A stretch of 64,000 nt of DNA from a virus: positions 53,320 to 117,319 of IMG/VR virus record IMGVR_UViG_3300014158_000003, one strand, 5' to 3'. The notes beneath the pieces are model-generated. The model saw only the letters and a program-made list of their open reading frames with translations, was not told the DNA's origin and searched no databases. Numbering within the stretch: the first letter of the stretch is position 1; every line of letters starts with the position of its first letter. Position numbers and translations under genes: made by a program. Shown in pieces: positions 37,227 to 47,332 of the stretch.

Positions 37227-37441
37227 GTCTTCGCCCACTCGATCGGGACGAGGAGCGCCAGGGGCTTGCCCGACTTGAGGAGCAGGAAGGAACGCCCCTC
37301 GCGCGAGACTGCCCGCACGTACTCGCCCACCTCCTTGCGAAACTCGCTCATGGTGACATGTTTCGGCAGCTCGAGATCTTCGGGGGCCGGCTCGGCGGCG
37401 GGCTTCGCCTTCGTACGAGCTCGCGCGGGTTTCTTGGCCAT
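37223..37441 (-). CDS. Phd/YefM-like antitoxin-fold protein
   Basis: VTMSEFRKEVGEYVRAV..G.SFLLLKSGKPLALLVPIE. Confidence 0.75.
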   Translation of the reverse strand: MAKKPARARTKAKPAAEPAPEDLELPKHVTMSEFRKEVGEYVRAVSREGRSFLLLKSGKPLALLVPIEWAKT

Positions 37442-37707
37442 GCGGACGACTCTAGCACGCGATCGTGCGATCGACCGATTGCGGTACGCGCGGCGTGCGG
37501 TACAGTTCACGAGCGCGTGAGATTCCTTCGGGGGTTGCAAGTGCCCGGCAGGGCAGACGACAGCAAAGCCCGTAGCCCTTGAGTCGTCGGGAGAGATCGC
37601 AAAAAACGAGTGCCGTCCTGGGAAGCGGCCACGCGCGTTTTACGAAAGGCCGGTCTTGTCCTCTCCGGTGCACCGTTTGCAGTAACCTCGTCCCTGAGTT
37701 GGGTCGT

Positions 37708-38190
37708 TCATCCCGACCTCCTGCGCGTCCCGGCCACGATCCGAGCGACCGACGTCCGGTGCAAGCCGAGCCGCCGCCCGATCGCCGTGAACGACTCGCC
37801 CGCCTGCGCGGACTCGCGGATGGCAGCCACCACCGAGTCGCCCGTCGCCTTCCGCGGTCCACCGCGTGGGTGCGTGCCATGCACGCGCTTGTCGGCCTCG
37901 TTCTCCTCGGGCAGCGCCCAGCGCAGGTTGCCCGCGCGATTGTTGCCGCGGTCCCTGTCCGGGAAGTGCGCGCCGTGGTGGCGCGTCGAGGGTCGCGGGG
38001 CCACGAACGCCTCGAGCACGAGCGCGTGGACTGGCCGCCAGACCCGCCGGCCGTCGGGCGACACCAGCCGGACCCTCAGGTAGCCGCCGCGCCACTGCGG
38101 CAGGAGCGCGAGGCGCCCGCGCCGGACGTGGCCGCCGCGGGAGACGCGGTAGCCTGGGAAACCCGCGATCGGGCGCCAGATGGGTCTCAC
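37708..38190 (-). CDS. NUMOD4-HNH homing endonuclease with C-terminal HTH
   Basis: WRPIAGFPGYRVSRGGHV..GYLRVRL..VHALVLEAF..H..NN.AGNLRW. Confidence 0.85.
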   Translation of the reverse strand: MRPIWRPIAGFPGYRVSRGGHVRRGRLALLPQWRGGYLRVRLVSPDGRRVWRPVHALVLEAFVAPRPSTRHHGAHFPDRDRGNNRAGNLRWALPEENEADKRVHGTHPRGGPRKATGDSVVAAIRESAQAGESFTAIGRRLGLHRTSVARIVAGTRRRSG

Positions 38191-38384
38191 CTGTCGCCCC
38201 GACGTCGCACCCTCATCGCGTCCCCGAAGGTGGTCCGCAGCGTCGGTTTGCCCGCCGCGCGCAGCGCATCCTCCTCGCGCTTGCGTCGCTGCATGCGCTG
38301 GAGATCGGTCTCCTCCACGGGTGACCTGTCTGGATCGCAGCCGGAACACCCCGCGCACCCAAATAACCCGCACGCGCCCGTCAT
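38187..38384 (-). CDS. Small Cys-rich hypothetical protein
   Basis: CGLFGCAGCSGC, with 4-nt overlaps on both sides. Confidence 0.5.
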   Translation of the reverse strand: MTGACGLFGCAGCSGCDPDRSPVEETDLQRMQRRKREEDALRAAGKPTLRTTFGDAMRVRRRGDR

Positions 38385-38725
38385 TCGTCGACTCTCCTCT
38401 TCGGTGGTGGTCTCTTCGGTAAGTTCTGCAGGACCGCCGGCGTCGGCACCTCACGACCGCGCGGCGCGAGTCCGCGGCTGACGAGGTTCGCGTAGGCGGG
38501 GACGACGCGCCCGTGGACGCTGGTGACCCACCCGCGCTGCTTGTCCGAGAGCTGGTGGAACGGCCTACCGGCGTCCGTCCCGTCCAGGATCCCGCCGTAC
38601 GCCTGCAGGTCGAAGCGCATGCTGGCAAACGCCTCCGTCTCGCGGTCAGTGAGCTCGTCGGCGTGCTTGCCTAGCAGTTCGCCGAGGAGGTTGAGGTCGG
38701 AGGTGCGCTTCGAGTCACTGATCAT
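38381..38725 (-). CDS. Hypothetical protein (paralog of 61192-61473). Its 3' end is copied in the CRISPR array
   Basis: E..AF..M..LSDKQR.W motif, ATGA overlaps. Confidence 0.7.
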   Translation of the reverse strand: MISDSKRTSDLNLLGELLGKHADELTDRETEAFASMRFDLQAYGGILDGTDAGRPFHQLSDKQRGWVTSVHGRVVPAYANLVSRGLAPRGREVPTPAVLQNLPKRPPPKRRVDE

Positions 38726-39196
38726 CGCAGATCAAGAGTCTGCACGAGCCACGCGATGAGTGTATCCGTTCGCTCGCCATTCTCGGATCGGGTCTGCATT
38801 TCCGTCATCGCACTCCATCGCCGCTCCACAGAGACGCCGCAACTCCCACCGTTTGCCTCCAGAAACGTCGAGAGCGCGGCCCACCCGCTCCGTTTGTTGC
38901 TGTCCATGAAGACGTGCCCCTGGACGATATAGACGGCGTAGGCTGCCGCGATCTCGGGCACCGACTCGTAGTACGAGTTGTTGACGGCACGGCTGGAAGA
39001 GGACGGCGCCGAGGCGGTCCGCGACCCTCCGCAACTTGCGGAGGTTGACGGGCGACTCGCGGATCATGAAGTCGAAGTCCTCCGTCGTGACGCGGGCCCC
39101 GAGGAGCGCAGCCCCGGCGTTGCCAATCATGATCGCCTCGAGCCCAGCCACGTCGACCGCGTCGGCGACCTCGCGGAGTGTCGGGGCGGCGCTTAC
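38722..39196 (-). pseudogene. Chimeric remnant: nucleotidyltransferase N-terminus joined out of frame to a Doc/Fic C-terminus
   Basis: IGNAGAALLGARVTTEDFDF (NTase), then in another frame AAAYAVYIVQGHVFMDSNKR (Doc motif HxFxDGNKR). Confidence 0.6.
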
Positions 39197-39377
39197 CACC
39201 GGACACCCCTCGGGGCCACGTGGAAGGTCACGGAGACCCCCGCGTCCAAGTGACGCTTCATGACCAGCCGGCCGAGCACGTAGACGTATACCTCCGGACC
39301 GCGCTGCACGGCGAACGTCGTCGGGTTCACCAGTGCATCCGAACTGCACGACGCTCCGGCTGGGGTGAACTCTCGCT

Positions 39378-39692
39378 TCACCGCTGCACCGTGACCACGC
39401 GACGGACGTGACGGAGATCAGTCGCGCTCGCGGCTAACTCCGCCACGCGTAGGTCGTAGCTCTGCTGCATGTTGAGCCAGAACTCCGGCGTCGTGCCGAA
39501 CGCGCGCCCGAGACGCAGCGCCGTGTCGGCAGTGACCGAGCGGTCACCCGCCACGATCGAACTGACGCGATTCGCCGGCACATCGAGGGCGTGTGCGAGC
39601 GCGTTCGCGCTCATTCCGAGCGGGACTAGGTACTCCTCGCGGAGGACCTCGCCGGGATGGATGGGACGCATGTTGTTTCGAGGGGTGGACAT
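39378..39692 (-). CDS. higA: HigA antitoxin
   Basis: PIHPGEVLREEYL.PLGMS..LA..I..G.R.VTADTALRL..FGTTPEFWLNMQ. Confidence 0.93.
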   Translation of the reverse strand: MSTPRNNMRPIHPGEVLREEYLVPLGMSANALAHALDVPANRVSSIVAGDRSVTADTALRLGRAFGTTPEFWLNMQQSYDLRVAELAASATDLRHVRRVVTVQR

Positions 39693-39703
39693 GATGAACC
39701 TTT

Positions 39704-39982
39704 TCAGTGGTAATCGACGACCTCAACCTCTGTTGGACCGGTGGGCGTCCACCGGAAGCACAGGCGGAACTGCTTGTTGACTCGAATCGAGTGCTGCCCC
39801 ACTCGATCCTCGTCGAGTGCTTCCAGTTGATTGTTTGGTGGCGACTTCAGGTCGGTAAGAGTCGTGGCGGCGCTAAGCATGGCGAGTTTCCGCTCAATGA
39901 CGTTCTGGATGTTGCCAAAACGCCTGGACCGCCTTCCTTCGAAGATTGCCTGGGTCTCCGCGCACCGGAATGATCGAATCAC
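39704..39982 (-). CDS. higB: HigB (RelE-family) toxin
   Basis: MIRSF..RKLAML..DL.SPP.N.LEAL..DR.GQHSIRVNKQFRLCFRW..VEVVDYH, upstream of higA. Confidence 0.93.
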   Translation of the reverse strand: MIRSFRCAETQAIFEGRRSRRFGNIQNVIERKLAMLSAATTLTDLKSPPNNQLEALDEDRVGQHSIRVNKQFRLCFRWTPTGPTEVEVVDYH

Positions 39983-40173
39983 TCGTGAACCATAGCGCCT
40001 GTACGTTGTACGTCAAGCGACCTATGCCCGGGTGAGCAGGTGCAGCGCCGTCAATAGACCCGCCGTCTGGACCGGGGTCAGGCGCCCGGCGTCGATCTCC
40101 ACGAGCAGGAACAACAACTCGTCGTCCCGCATCGGTTCGCGACGCATCAGGCGGTTGAGGATAGCGGCGACCG

Positions 40174-40712
40174 TCACAGCGTCACCTTGAAGGGCACCGA
40201 CCCGAAGTACGGGTATGAGAATCGGTGATCGAGTCCAGCTCGCTCCTCCCACTCACCGACCCGAGGCGCGGCGACAGGAGTCCCGTAGATGAGGAGCGTG
40301 TTCGCTGGGTGCGGCACGTGGGCCACGAGTTCCAGACCGAGGAAGTACCGGAATAGGCCCGGCCAGCCACAGAGAGTCCCGTCCGTACACTTCCCGAGGT
40401 ACGCGATCGTTTTGGCTCGATACAGCAAGTCAAGTAGTGGCGGCTCGTTGTGGTTCACCGGCCAGGAGACGAACGCGACGTCGATGATCGGTTGGCGGGT
40501 CTCGTATTCTGCGAACGTGGTCCGTACGGTATTCACCCACGACCCTGGGCATCCGACCGGGTGCTCGTCGACCGCGATGACCGCGGCGGCCCCGAGCTGG
40601 ACGAGCGCATCCGACAGCACCTGGTCGCCACACCCGAGGTCGTGGATCGTCCGGCCGCGGACGACCGCCGCGAGCGCCTCGGCCTGCGCCGTGTCGAGTC
40701 GACCCCACGTCA
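40174..40712 (-). CDS. SAM-dependent methyltransferase-like protein
   Basis: IHDLGCG motif I, VIAVD, FVSWP. Confidence 0.6.
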
Positions 40713-40888
40713 TGGCGGCGCCTCCGTTTCCTTCTCGACCGGTACCGAGATACTTGACCCGCACCTACAGTTTCTGAGTTCCAGCTCGCCTCCGTCGCCG
40801 TCGTCCATCTTGCCGACCAGCGGCAACTGCTGCCACCCGTCGGCGTCGAAGTAGCGTCCGCACGCGCAGTGCTTCACCGCACCGACCA

Positions 40889-42681
40889 TCATGAAGGCAC
40901 CCTCGCCCGCGTCTGGATGAGCGCGGCCTCAGACCCTTTCCAAAACGGTTTCCGCCATATCTTTTTCCGCAACGTACTGCGCGGGCCGTGCGGCTGCATC
41001 GCGTAGTGCCCGCGGACCATCCACTGCACCGTCGGCATGCCCCTGTTGTGCCTGCCCGTCTTCTCGGAGCTGCGCGTCCCCCTCTCGACGTACTCCCTGA
41101 CGGCGTCCCGGCAGTCGATCTCGAGCGGCTGGCCGATGGTCACGATGCGGTGCTCGGGTTCCGCCTCTCGCCCTCGGCTCTTCGGGCGCGCCTCGACCTT
41201 GCGGACCTTATGGGTACCCGCGTCCTGCAAGTTCAGGAGCAGGCCGGCGACCAGGCGTTTGGCCAAGATGAGGCAGCGCTGCGACGGGGAGTCCTGCGCG
41301 AGGTCCGTCTCGTCGCTCGCGAGCAGCGACGGCAAGTCCTTCGCCTCGTCGTCCAAGAGCCGGAACCCGACGCCGTCCGGCGCGAGCAGTCCGAGCCACG
41401 CCCCGTACGAGTACGTAGCGACGAGCACGCGCGAGAACTCGAAGCCGCCGGCCACGAGCATCCCGTTCGGGACGAGCACGAGAAAGCCGTCCCACTGCCT
41501 CTCGATCCCCTCGAGCACCTCCTTCTGAACGTCCGAGCACATGAGCGCCGCCGCGAAGGTGTGGCTCGTCATCAGGCGCTGGAACGCGTGCACCGCCCAC
41601 TTCGCAGCGAACATCGACACGGCGTCCGACCACTGCTCGCTGCTGACCGCCCGGAGCGCGCCGCGGACCTCCTCGTCGGAGTTCCCATCCTTGTACGTGT
41701 CCTCCCAGAGATCGCGACCGTGGCGCATGAGCGCGTGGTCGGAGTAAACCGATCGCACTGCAGTCTTGGTGATGGTGGCCGCCACCCTGTCGAGTACGAT
41801 CTTACGATCGTCCTGCGTCAGCGGGTCGAGGATACGCTCGACGGTGGCCAACGCCTCGGTCGCCGCCACGTTATTCGTGTCCGCCAGGAACTGGGTCACC
41901 ACCCCGAGTGCCCTCTCGTGCGACATCTTCGGCGGCCGCCTCGACTGGATCTGATCGAACTCGCGATCCAACCGCTCCTTGAACGCCCGCTCCATCAGCG
42001 CACGCGCCTCGGGCCTCGCCTTGTTGAGTTGCTCGTCGATGACCGTGTCGTGCAGGAGACTCAGGCCGCCGCGCACGATGTCGTCGCCCTGCGCGTCCTG
42101 GATGAGCGCGACGCGCTCGACGACCGCCCGGACGAACGCGCGCGAGAACTCCCACTCCGTCGCGGCTCCGCGCCAACCCATCCGGATCCACCGCATGCGC
42201 ATCTCGGTCCACCGAGCGTCCCGAACGAGCTCTTGCTCGAAGTCCTCGAGCGTGAGCCTCTCCACGCCAGCCTCGACGAGCGCCTCCCCGTGCAGCCCGC
42301 GCAGACTTTCCGGCAGGTTCGCCCACAGCAGGATCGCCGTGTGGTCGATCGACGACAGGAGGAGCGCGAGGTCGGTCTTATTGACGCTCCGGATCGCGAC
42401 CTCCTGCAGGAGTTCTTCGCTAGCCTGCTCCCTGGTCTCGACTCCGTGCCAACGCCAGTACACGAGCTTGTCGAACACCGCGGCGCCGGGCTCGACGCGC
42501 GAGTCGTCGAGGTTCGCGATCTGCGCCAGCGAGTCGACGTACCGCTCGATCGTCTGGTGGGCGCCCGATGTGACCTCGACCATCTCCCGGTCAACCGACT
42601 CGATCTGCCGGTTGCTGTCGAGCAGTTCGCGCTGCAGCACCGCCATCCGGTCCTGCAACTTCGCGAGCTGCCGGCGCTTCA
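40889..42681 (-). CDS. Large phage hypothetical protein
   Basis: MKRRQLAKL coiled coil and C-terminal WMVRGH..QPHGP..RKKIW..PFWKG motif common in phage proteins. Confidence 0.7.
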
Positions 42682-42702
42682 TGCGGTTTGTCTGGCGGCT
42701 AC

Positions 42703-43248
42703 TCACGGGAGTCGCCCGACTTCCTCGAAGATCGCCTCGAGCGCCACCGGCGCGTAGCCGCGCACGTCGACGCCGACATTGACCATCCGCCCGCGCGCCT
42801 TCCAGAGATCGTGCACGTGCCCGTGCAGGAGCACGAGCCCCTCGTCCTTCGGCCGGTACTGGTGGTACTTCTCCCGGTCGTCGCCCTCGTAGGGCATGTG
42901 GTGGACGAGCATCCCATTGAGCGTGAGCCGCTCGCAGACGTTCGCGAATCCGGCACTGAGGTAGCGCTCGCGCGAGCGCCGCCAGTCTTTGTGGCACGGA
43001 TGGCAGCGGTCGTGGTTACCGACGACGAGCACATGCCGACCGTGGAGGCGCGGCAGGATGACCGGCACCCGCTTCTCGTCGAGGGAGAAGTCCCCGACGT
43101 GGATGACCTCGTCCTCGGGGCCGACGACGGCGTTGTGACGGGCGATGAGCTCGTGGGCCATGTGGTCGACGTCCCGGAACGGGCGGTCGCACAGGCGGAT
43201 TACGTTCGCGTGGCCGTAGTGCTGGTCGGCGGTGAGGAATGTGGTCAC
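42703..43248 (-). CDS. Calcineurin-like metallophosphoesterase
   Basis: ADQHYGH, HVGD, GNHD, HHMP, LHGHVH, NVGVD. Confidence 0.92.
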   Translation of the reverse strand: MTTFLTADQHYGHANVIRLCDRPFRDVDHMAHELIARHNAVVGPEDEVIHVGDFSLDEKRVPVILPRLHGRHVLVVGNHDRCHPCHKDWRRSRERYLSAGFANVCERLTLNGMLVHHMPYEGDDREKYHQYRPKDEGLVLLHGHVHDLWKARGRMVNVGVDVRGYAPVALEAIFEEVGRLP

Positions 43249-43973
43249 GACTTCTTCTCCATGGCGGCAACCGCAAGCAGTAGCGGACCAGCACCGCCCG
43301 TAGCGAGCGCCAGCAACTTATCCGGCGTCGCCGTCCGAGCGAACGCGTCGAGCCTGTCCTGCGTCTCGTGGATGGTCTGCGCGATGCGTCGGACGCCAGC
43401 CCACGCCTCGGGCGTGTACGGCAGCTCGTACTCGGTCGTGCCCTTGTTGAAGTGGTCCCAGACCGCCCCCACATGAGATAGTGCGTCGCGCTCTTGGCGC
43501 ATGCGCGCCTCCACAGCGTCCGATCGTTTCTTTTTCTCGGAGGGTGTGCGCTCGAAGTACGCCTCGCGCTCGCGCGCAGCCTTCACCTTCACCTCGAAGT
43601 CTTCTTGGTGGTCGCGCTCGATCGTCTCCTTCGGCTTGAGCGGGTTCGCGGCGCGCTCGCGCCGCAGGTACACGAAGTCACACGAGGCCGAGAAGACGGC
43701 TCTGTCGTTCTCGGACCCCCCGTCGTCGCGGTCCTCTCGATTACGTTCCCGCACTCGGATCAGGAGCACCTGGCGCCAAGCCACCTGCGTCACCGCCGCC
43801 AACGCTTCTTGGACGAGCTTGACCGCCTCGTCCTTGCTCTTCGCCTCGACGCGCTTGCCGTTGACCTGGGCGAAGAAGACGCCGGTGCGCTTGTCGAGCA
43901 AGAGATCGACCCATAGTCGATTGCCCCTCTGTGGCGCGTCGATGCGGTCGATCTTCGCGATGTATCCGCTCAT
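43245..43973 (-). CDS. Hypothetical protein (paralog of 45577-46290)
   Basis: Shared ER.H..DFE and ELPY..(A/T)W.G motifs. Confidence 0.7.
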   Translation of the reverse strand: MSGYIAKIDRIDAPQRGNRLWVDLLLDKRTGVFFAQVNGKRVEAKSKDEAVKLVQEALAAVTQVAWRQVLLIRVRERNREDRDDGGSENDRAVFSASCDFVYLRRERAANPLKPKETIERDHQEDFEVKVKAAREREAYFERTPSEKKKRSDAVEARMRQERDALSHVGAVWDHFNKGTTEYELPYTPEAWAGVRRIAQTIHETQDRLDAFARTATPDKLLALATGGAGPLLLAVAAMEKKS

Positions 43974-44464
43974 CGCTCCCCCCAACGATCAGAGCTGGGA
44001 CCGCGCGGGCCGTCCGGCGGGCAGTCGACGATAACCTGCTCGTCCGGCTCGCGCCGCTCGCCGGCCCGCTCGCCGCCCAGCACGTCCACCGTGACCCACT
44101 GCCCGGCCTCGTCCCGGTAGGCGAGCCAGCACGTCCAGCAGTGCCCGTACCGGGCGCCGACGACGCGGACGGGGATGCCCGCGGCCGAACACGCCGTCGC
44201 GGCGGCGAGCACCGCGTCGTCGGCGTCCATCGGAGCCAACACCACCCCACTGGCCAGCATCTCCGGTAACCCAGCCAACGTCTCCGCCGTCGTCGGGTCG
44301 ACGTTCGAGCAGAGCGACCGGACCCAGTCGACGACGCGCGCGACCTTGGCGCTGGCACCCACGTCCGATCCGACCAGTTCGCGCACCCGGTACTCGACGT
44401 CCGGATTAGTGCGGTCGTGCCAGGCGCGCGCGGCGATCCACTTCAGGCTCGACTCGGCCATCAC
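43970..44464 (-). CDS. Transglutaminase-like fold protein, probably inactive
   Basis: DADD in place of DCDD..AAGIPVRVV..H.W..W..VD. Confidence 0.5.
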   Translation of the reverse strand: MMAESSLKWIAARAWHDRTNPDVEYRVRELVGSDVGASAKVARVVDWVRSLCSNVDPTTAETLAGLPEMLASGVVLAPMDADDAVLAAATACSAAGIPVRVVGARYGHCWTCWLAYRDEAGQWVTVDVLGGERAGERREPDEQVIVDCPPDGPRGPSSDRWGER

Positions 44465-44699
44465 CGCCCCCTGAACGCGACCGACCGGCCTTCGTTCCCC
44501 GAATGGTTCTCGACGATGAGCCGCAATAGCTCCACGATGATCGCATCCTCGCGCGCGCCGCCGTCACCGCTCGTGCCGTGCTCGCCGACGTGGTCGGCGA
44601 TGCGGCCGACCGACTCGGCGTCCATGTCGAGCAGGAGCGCCTCGACGGCGCGGACGAAGCGTTTCTTGGCCGCGATCTCAGTGCGAGACAGGTGGACGC

Positions 44700-45113
44700 T
44701 CATCTCTTCTTCCCCTTCGCCTCGAGCACCTCGATTCCACGGTATATCGCCATTCGAATTGCCCTACTTCTGTTGAAGCGAATGGCTGGTGTACGCATGT
44801 GATCCGCTATTTTATCGAGCCTCACAAGCCACGATTTTGGTACACGGATCGCTGTCTGCACGTCCGTCAAGTCAGGCTCGTGTTTTTGTGCCTTGACGGA
44901 GATGTACTCCAAGAGATCATTTTCGGGCCGAAACCACTCGCCGCGCACGCGAAGATGCGCGAACCGTTTGTGCAGCTTCTTCTCGACTTCCCGCTCGCCA
45001 GGAACGGCGCCGATCACTTTCGCTCGAATCGTTTGCATACGAGGCTTGACGTTGCGGCTGTAGCCAATCTTGATGAGACCGCTCTTGCGTCGTTGGGCGA
45101 AGTAGACACTCAC
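44700..45113 (-). CDS. GIY-YIG (T5orf172-like) domain plus RHH domain
   Basis: VYFAQ..LIKIGYS..R..EKKLHKRFAHLRVRGEWF, then TAIRVP..LD..RSRAIRMAI. Confidence 0.8.
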   Translation of the reverse strand: MSVYFAQRRKSGLIKIGYSRNVKPRMQTIRAKVIGAVPGEREVEKKLHKRFAHLRVRGEWFRPENDLLEYISVKAQKHEPDLTDVQTAIRVPKSWLVRLDKIADHMRTPAIRFNRSRAIRMAIYRGIEVLEAKGKKR

Positions 45114-45322
45114 GGTCCACCTCCGCCAGATCTGTCCTGCGCAACGCGCAGCCCCACATGCAGCAGCCAAGTGCTCACCCCGAGCCCCTCACGAGAAGCG
45201 ATGTTCTCGAGGAGCCTCTTCTGCTGCGCCGTGCAGCGCACGTTGATGGCCTCTTCCTTGGCTTCCTTAGCGGATACGTTCTTCTTGTCAGTCATCGAGC
45301 GCTTCTCCTTCATCTTCTTCAT
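45110..45322 (-). CDS. Ribbon-helix-helix protein
   Basis: INVRCTAQQKRLLENIASREGLGVSTWL. Confidence 0.7.
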   Translation of the reverse strand: MKKMKEKRSMTDKKNVSAKEAKEEAINVRCTAQQKRLLENIASREGLGVSTWLLHVGLRVAQDRSGGGGP

Positions 45323-45576
45323 CAGCGTCTACCCCGGTCTCCACCCACCTGATCCCGTTGAGTGTGTCGTCGATGAGGCCGCGCGTCTCCAGGACGCAGG
45401 TCGAGCACTTCGGTTGGGTCGCCAGCGCGCGGCGGTCCGCGCGACTCCAGATCCGGAAACTCGGGGGCCGCTCGCAGAACGCCTCCTGCTCGGTCGCGAT
45501 CTGCGGCTCGACGACGGCGTGGAGCGTACCGCCGATGGCCCCGTCGGCCCAGATGAACCGGTCCGGTGGTCTGACG

Positions 45577-46290
45577 TCAGCCACGGGCCACCTCCTGCAG
45601 GAGCGGGATCGGCGTGCCCCGCGCGAACCGCTTCAACCGGTCCCTGAAGTCAGCGAGCCCGATCAGCATCTTGACCTTCGCGTGCAGCTCGTCGATCGCG
45701 ACCTTCAGCGCGCAGAGGCCACGCCAGGTGTCCTCGTCATAAGGGAGCTCCACATCATCCTCGTCATTGTCGTAGGTCGATGGCCTATCGAGAGCCTTCG
45801 CGCGCACCTCACGGTCGTAGTCACTCGGATCACGCGCCTCGAAGTCGATGGCGTGCTCGCGCTCGAGATACCCCTCGCGCTCAATCGGCCCACGGTCGGA
45901 CCGGTGACGCCCGAGCCGATCGTCTCGCTCACGCTCGCTGGCGATCCGCTCCACGACCTCGGTGTGATCAGGCCGAGGCGACAGCTCGCAGCGACGGAAT
46001 CTGAGGCTGACGGACGCGCCCTCCACGGGCTTGCTGCGAACTGGGTGGTCCTCCTCGTCGTAAGCCTTGTGCAGCGTGACCAAGATCACGGGTGTCCAGC
46101 AGAGCGGCTCGGCCTTCTCGTAGACCTCGTAGAGTCGACGGCAGACCTCGACGAAAGTCTCGGCGCTCTCTCGGTCACGGGTACCTGGACACTCGAAGAA
46201 GAAATTATGGTTGCGGAAGTCGTAGAAGACCTCGACGTCCACGCCGCCGGAACGGATCTTGTCGACCGCGATGGGTTTCTTGTCCCTCAC
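45577..46290 (-). CDS. Hypothetical protein (paralog of 43245-43973)
   Basis: ORF in a coupled operon, shared motifs. Confidence 0.7.
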   Translation of the reverse strand: MRDKKPIAVDKIRSGGVDVEVFYDFRNHNFFFECPGTRDRESAETFVEVCRRLYEVYEKAEPLCWTPVILVTLHKAYDEEDHPVRSKPVEGASVSLRFRRCELSPRPDHTEVVERIASERERDDRLGRHRSDRGPIEREGYLEREHAIDFEARDPSDYDREVRAKALDRPSTYDNDEDDVELPYDEDTWRGLCALKVAIDELHAKVKMLIGLADFRDRLKRFARGTPIPLLQEVARG

Positions 46291-46567
46291 GGCGACACCT
46301 TCGCGTCGTCGAGCGACGCCGGCAGGTCATCGTCCGCCAACAAGAGATCGATCGCATCCCGGAGCGCCCGCATCTCTTCGCGATCGAGAAACGCGGTCGC
46401 CACGATGAAGTCCTTGCCCTCGCGGCCATTGCGAAGGCGCATGGGCCCACGAACCTGCAGCGCCCAGCTACTCTTCCACTGCTCGCAGTAGGCCCGGATC
46501 CCCGACTCGCGCTCGACCTTGTCGACCGATTTGATGTCGGCGCGCACGCGCTTGTACAGTTGGCCGC

Positions 46568-47332
46568 TCATGGCGCCACCCCCGGCAACTCCGGCTGCGA
46601 GTCCTTATCGTCCTTGTCCCAGACACTCCCCTGGTGGTCGCGGTCGTCGTCGGGCACCTCGACGACAGTGACGCCGCGCTTGGCCTCCATGGCGATCCGC
46701 TCAGGCGTCGCGTCCGACTCCTTCAGGATCAGCTCGACGGCGCGCGGGACGAACGAGCAGAAGATCCCCGGAGTCGGTTTCGGGGCCTGGAACTCGTCGC
46801 AGACCCGATGTTTGCTACCGTCTACGTTTTCCACCTCCTGACCCGCGTATGTGTGAGCCGCTCGATCACTGTTGCAACGAGCACAGATCCGATCCTCCTT
46901 CGCCGGAACCGCGTCCAGGTGCGCGAGCAGCACCCACGTCTCGCCCGGCACGAACCCCTTCGGGAGCGCCGCGATCCGCCGGCTGACACCGAGCTCGCGC
47001 GACTCCTTCAGGAACGCGTCCGGCGAGTAGTGTCCGCGGCCGACCCAGAGGAGCAGATGCGGGCCGAAGTCGTCAGGTACCCACCCGTCCTTGTCCGCAC
47101 CGACGTACCCGCAGACCGGGCACGGGCCCGGATCGTGGCAGTGCTCGTGCATCGGGAAGAAGTCCGGCTGCAGCCACGTGTGCCCGCGCGTGAACTTGAC
47201 CCCGCCACCGCACGTCCGGCAGCGGTCGAGGCGGTACGGCATCCGGTCACACGGCGCGGACAGGGCGCCGCCGACGAGGTAGAGGCCACCCACCTTGCGA
47301 TAGCCGCAGCCACGCTTTGCTTCGATAGCCAT
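46568..47332 (-). CDS. Cys-rich phage hypothetical protein
   Basis: EAKRGCGYRKVGGLYLV..LLWVGR.HY..F..E...GVSRRI. Confidence 0.7.
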   Translation of the reverse strand: MAIEAKRGCGYRKVGGLYLVGGALSAPCDRMPYRLDRCRTCGGGVKFTRGHTWLQPDFFPMHEHCHDPGPCPVCGYVGADKDGWVPDDFGPHLLLWVGRGHYSPDAFLKESRELGVSRRIAALPKGFVPGETWVLLAHLDAVPAKEDRICARCNSDRAAHTYAGQEVENVDGSKHRVCDEFQAPKPTPGIFCSFVPRAVELILKESDATPERIAMEAKRGVTVVEVPDDDRDHQGSVWDKDDKDSQPELPGVAP

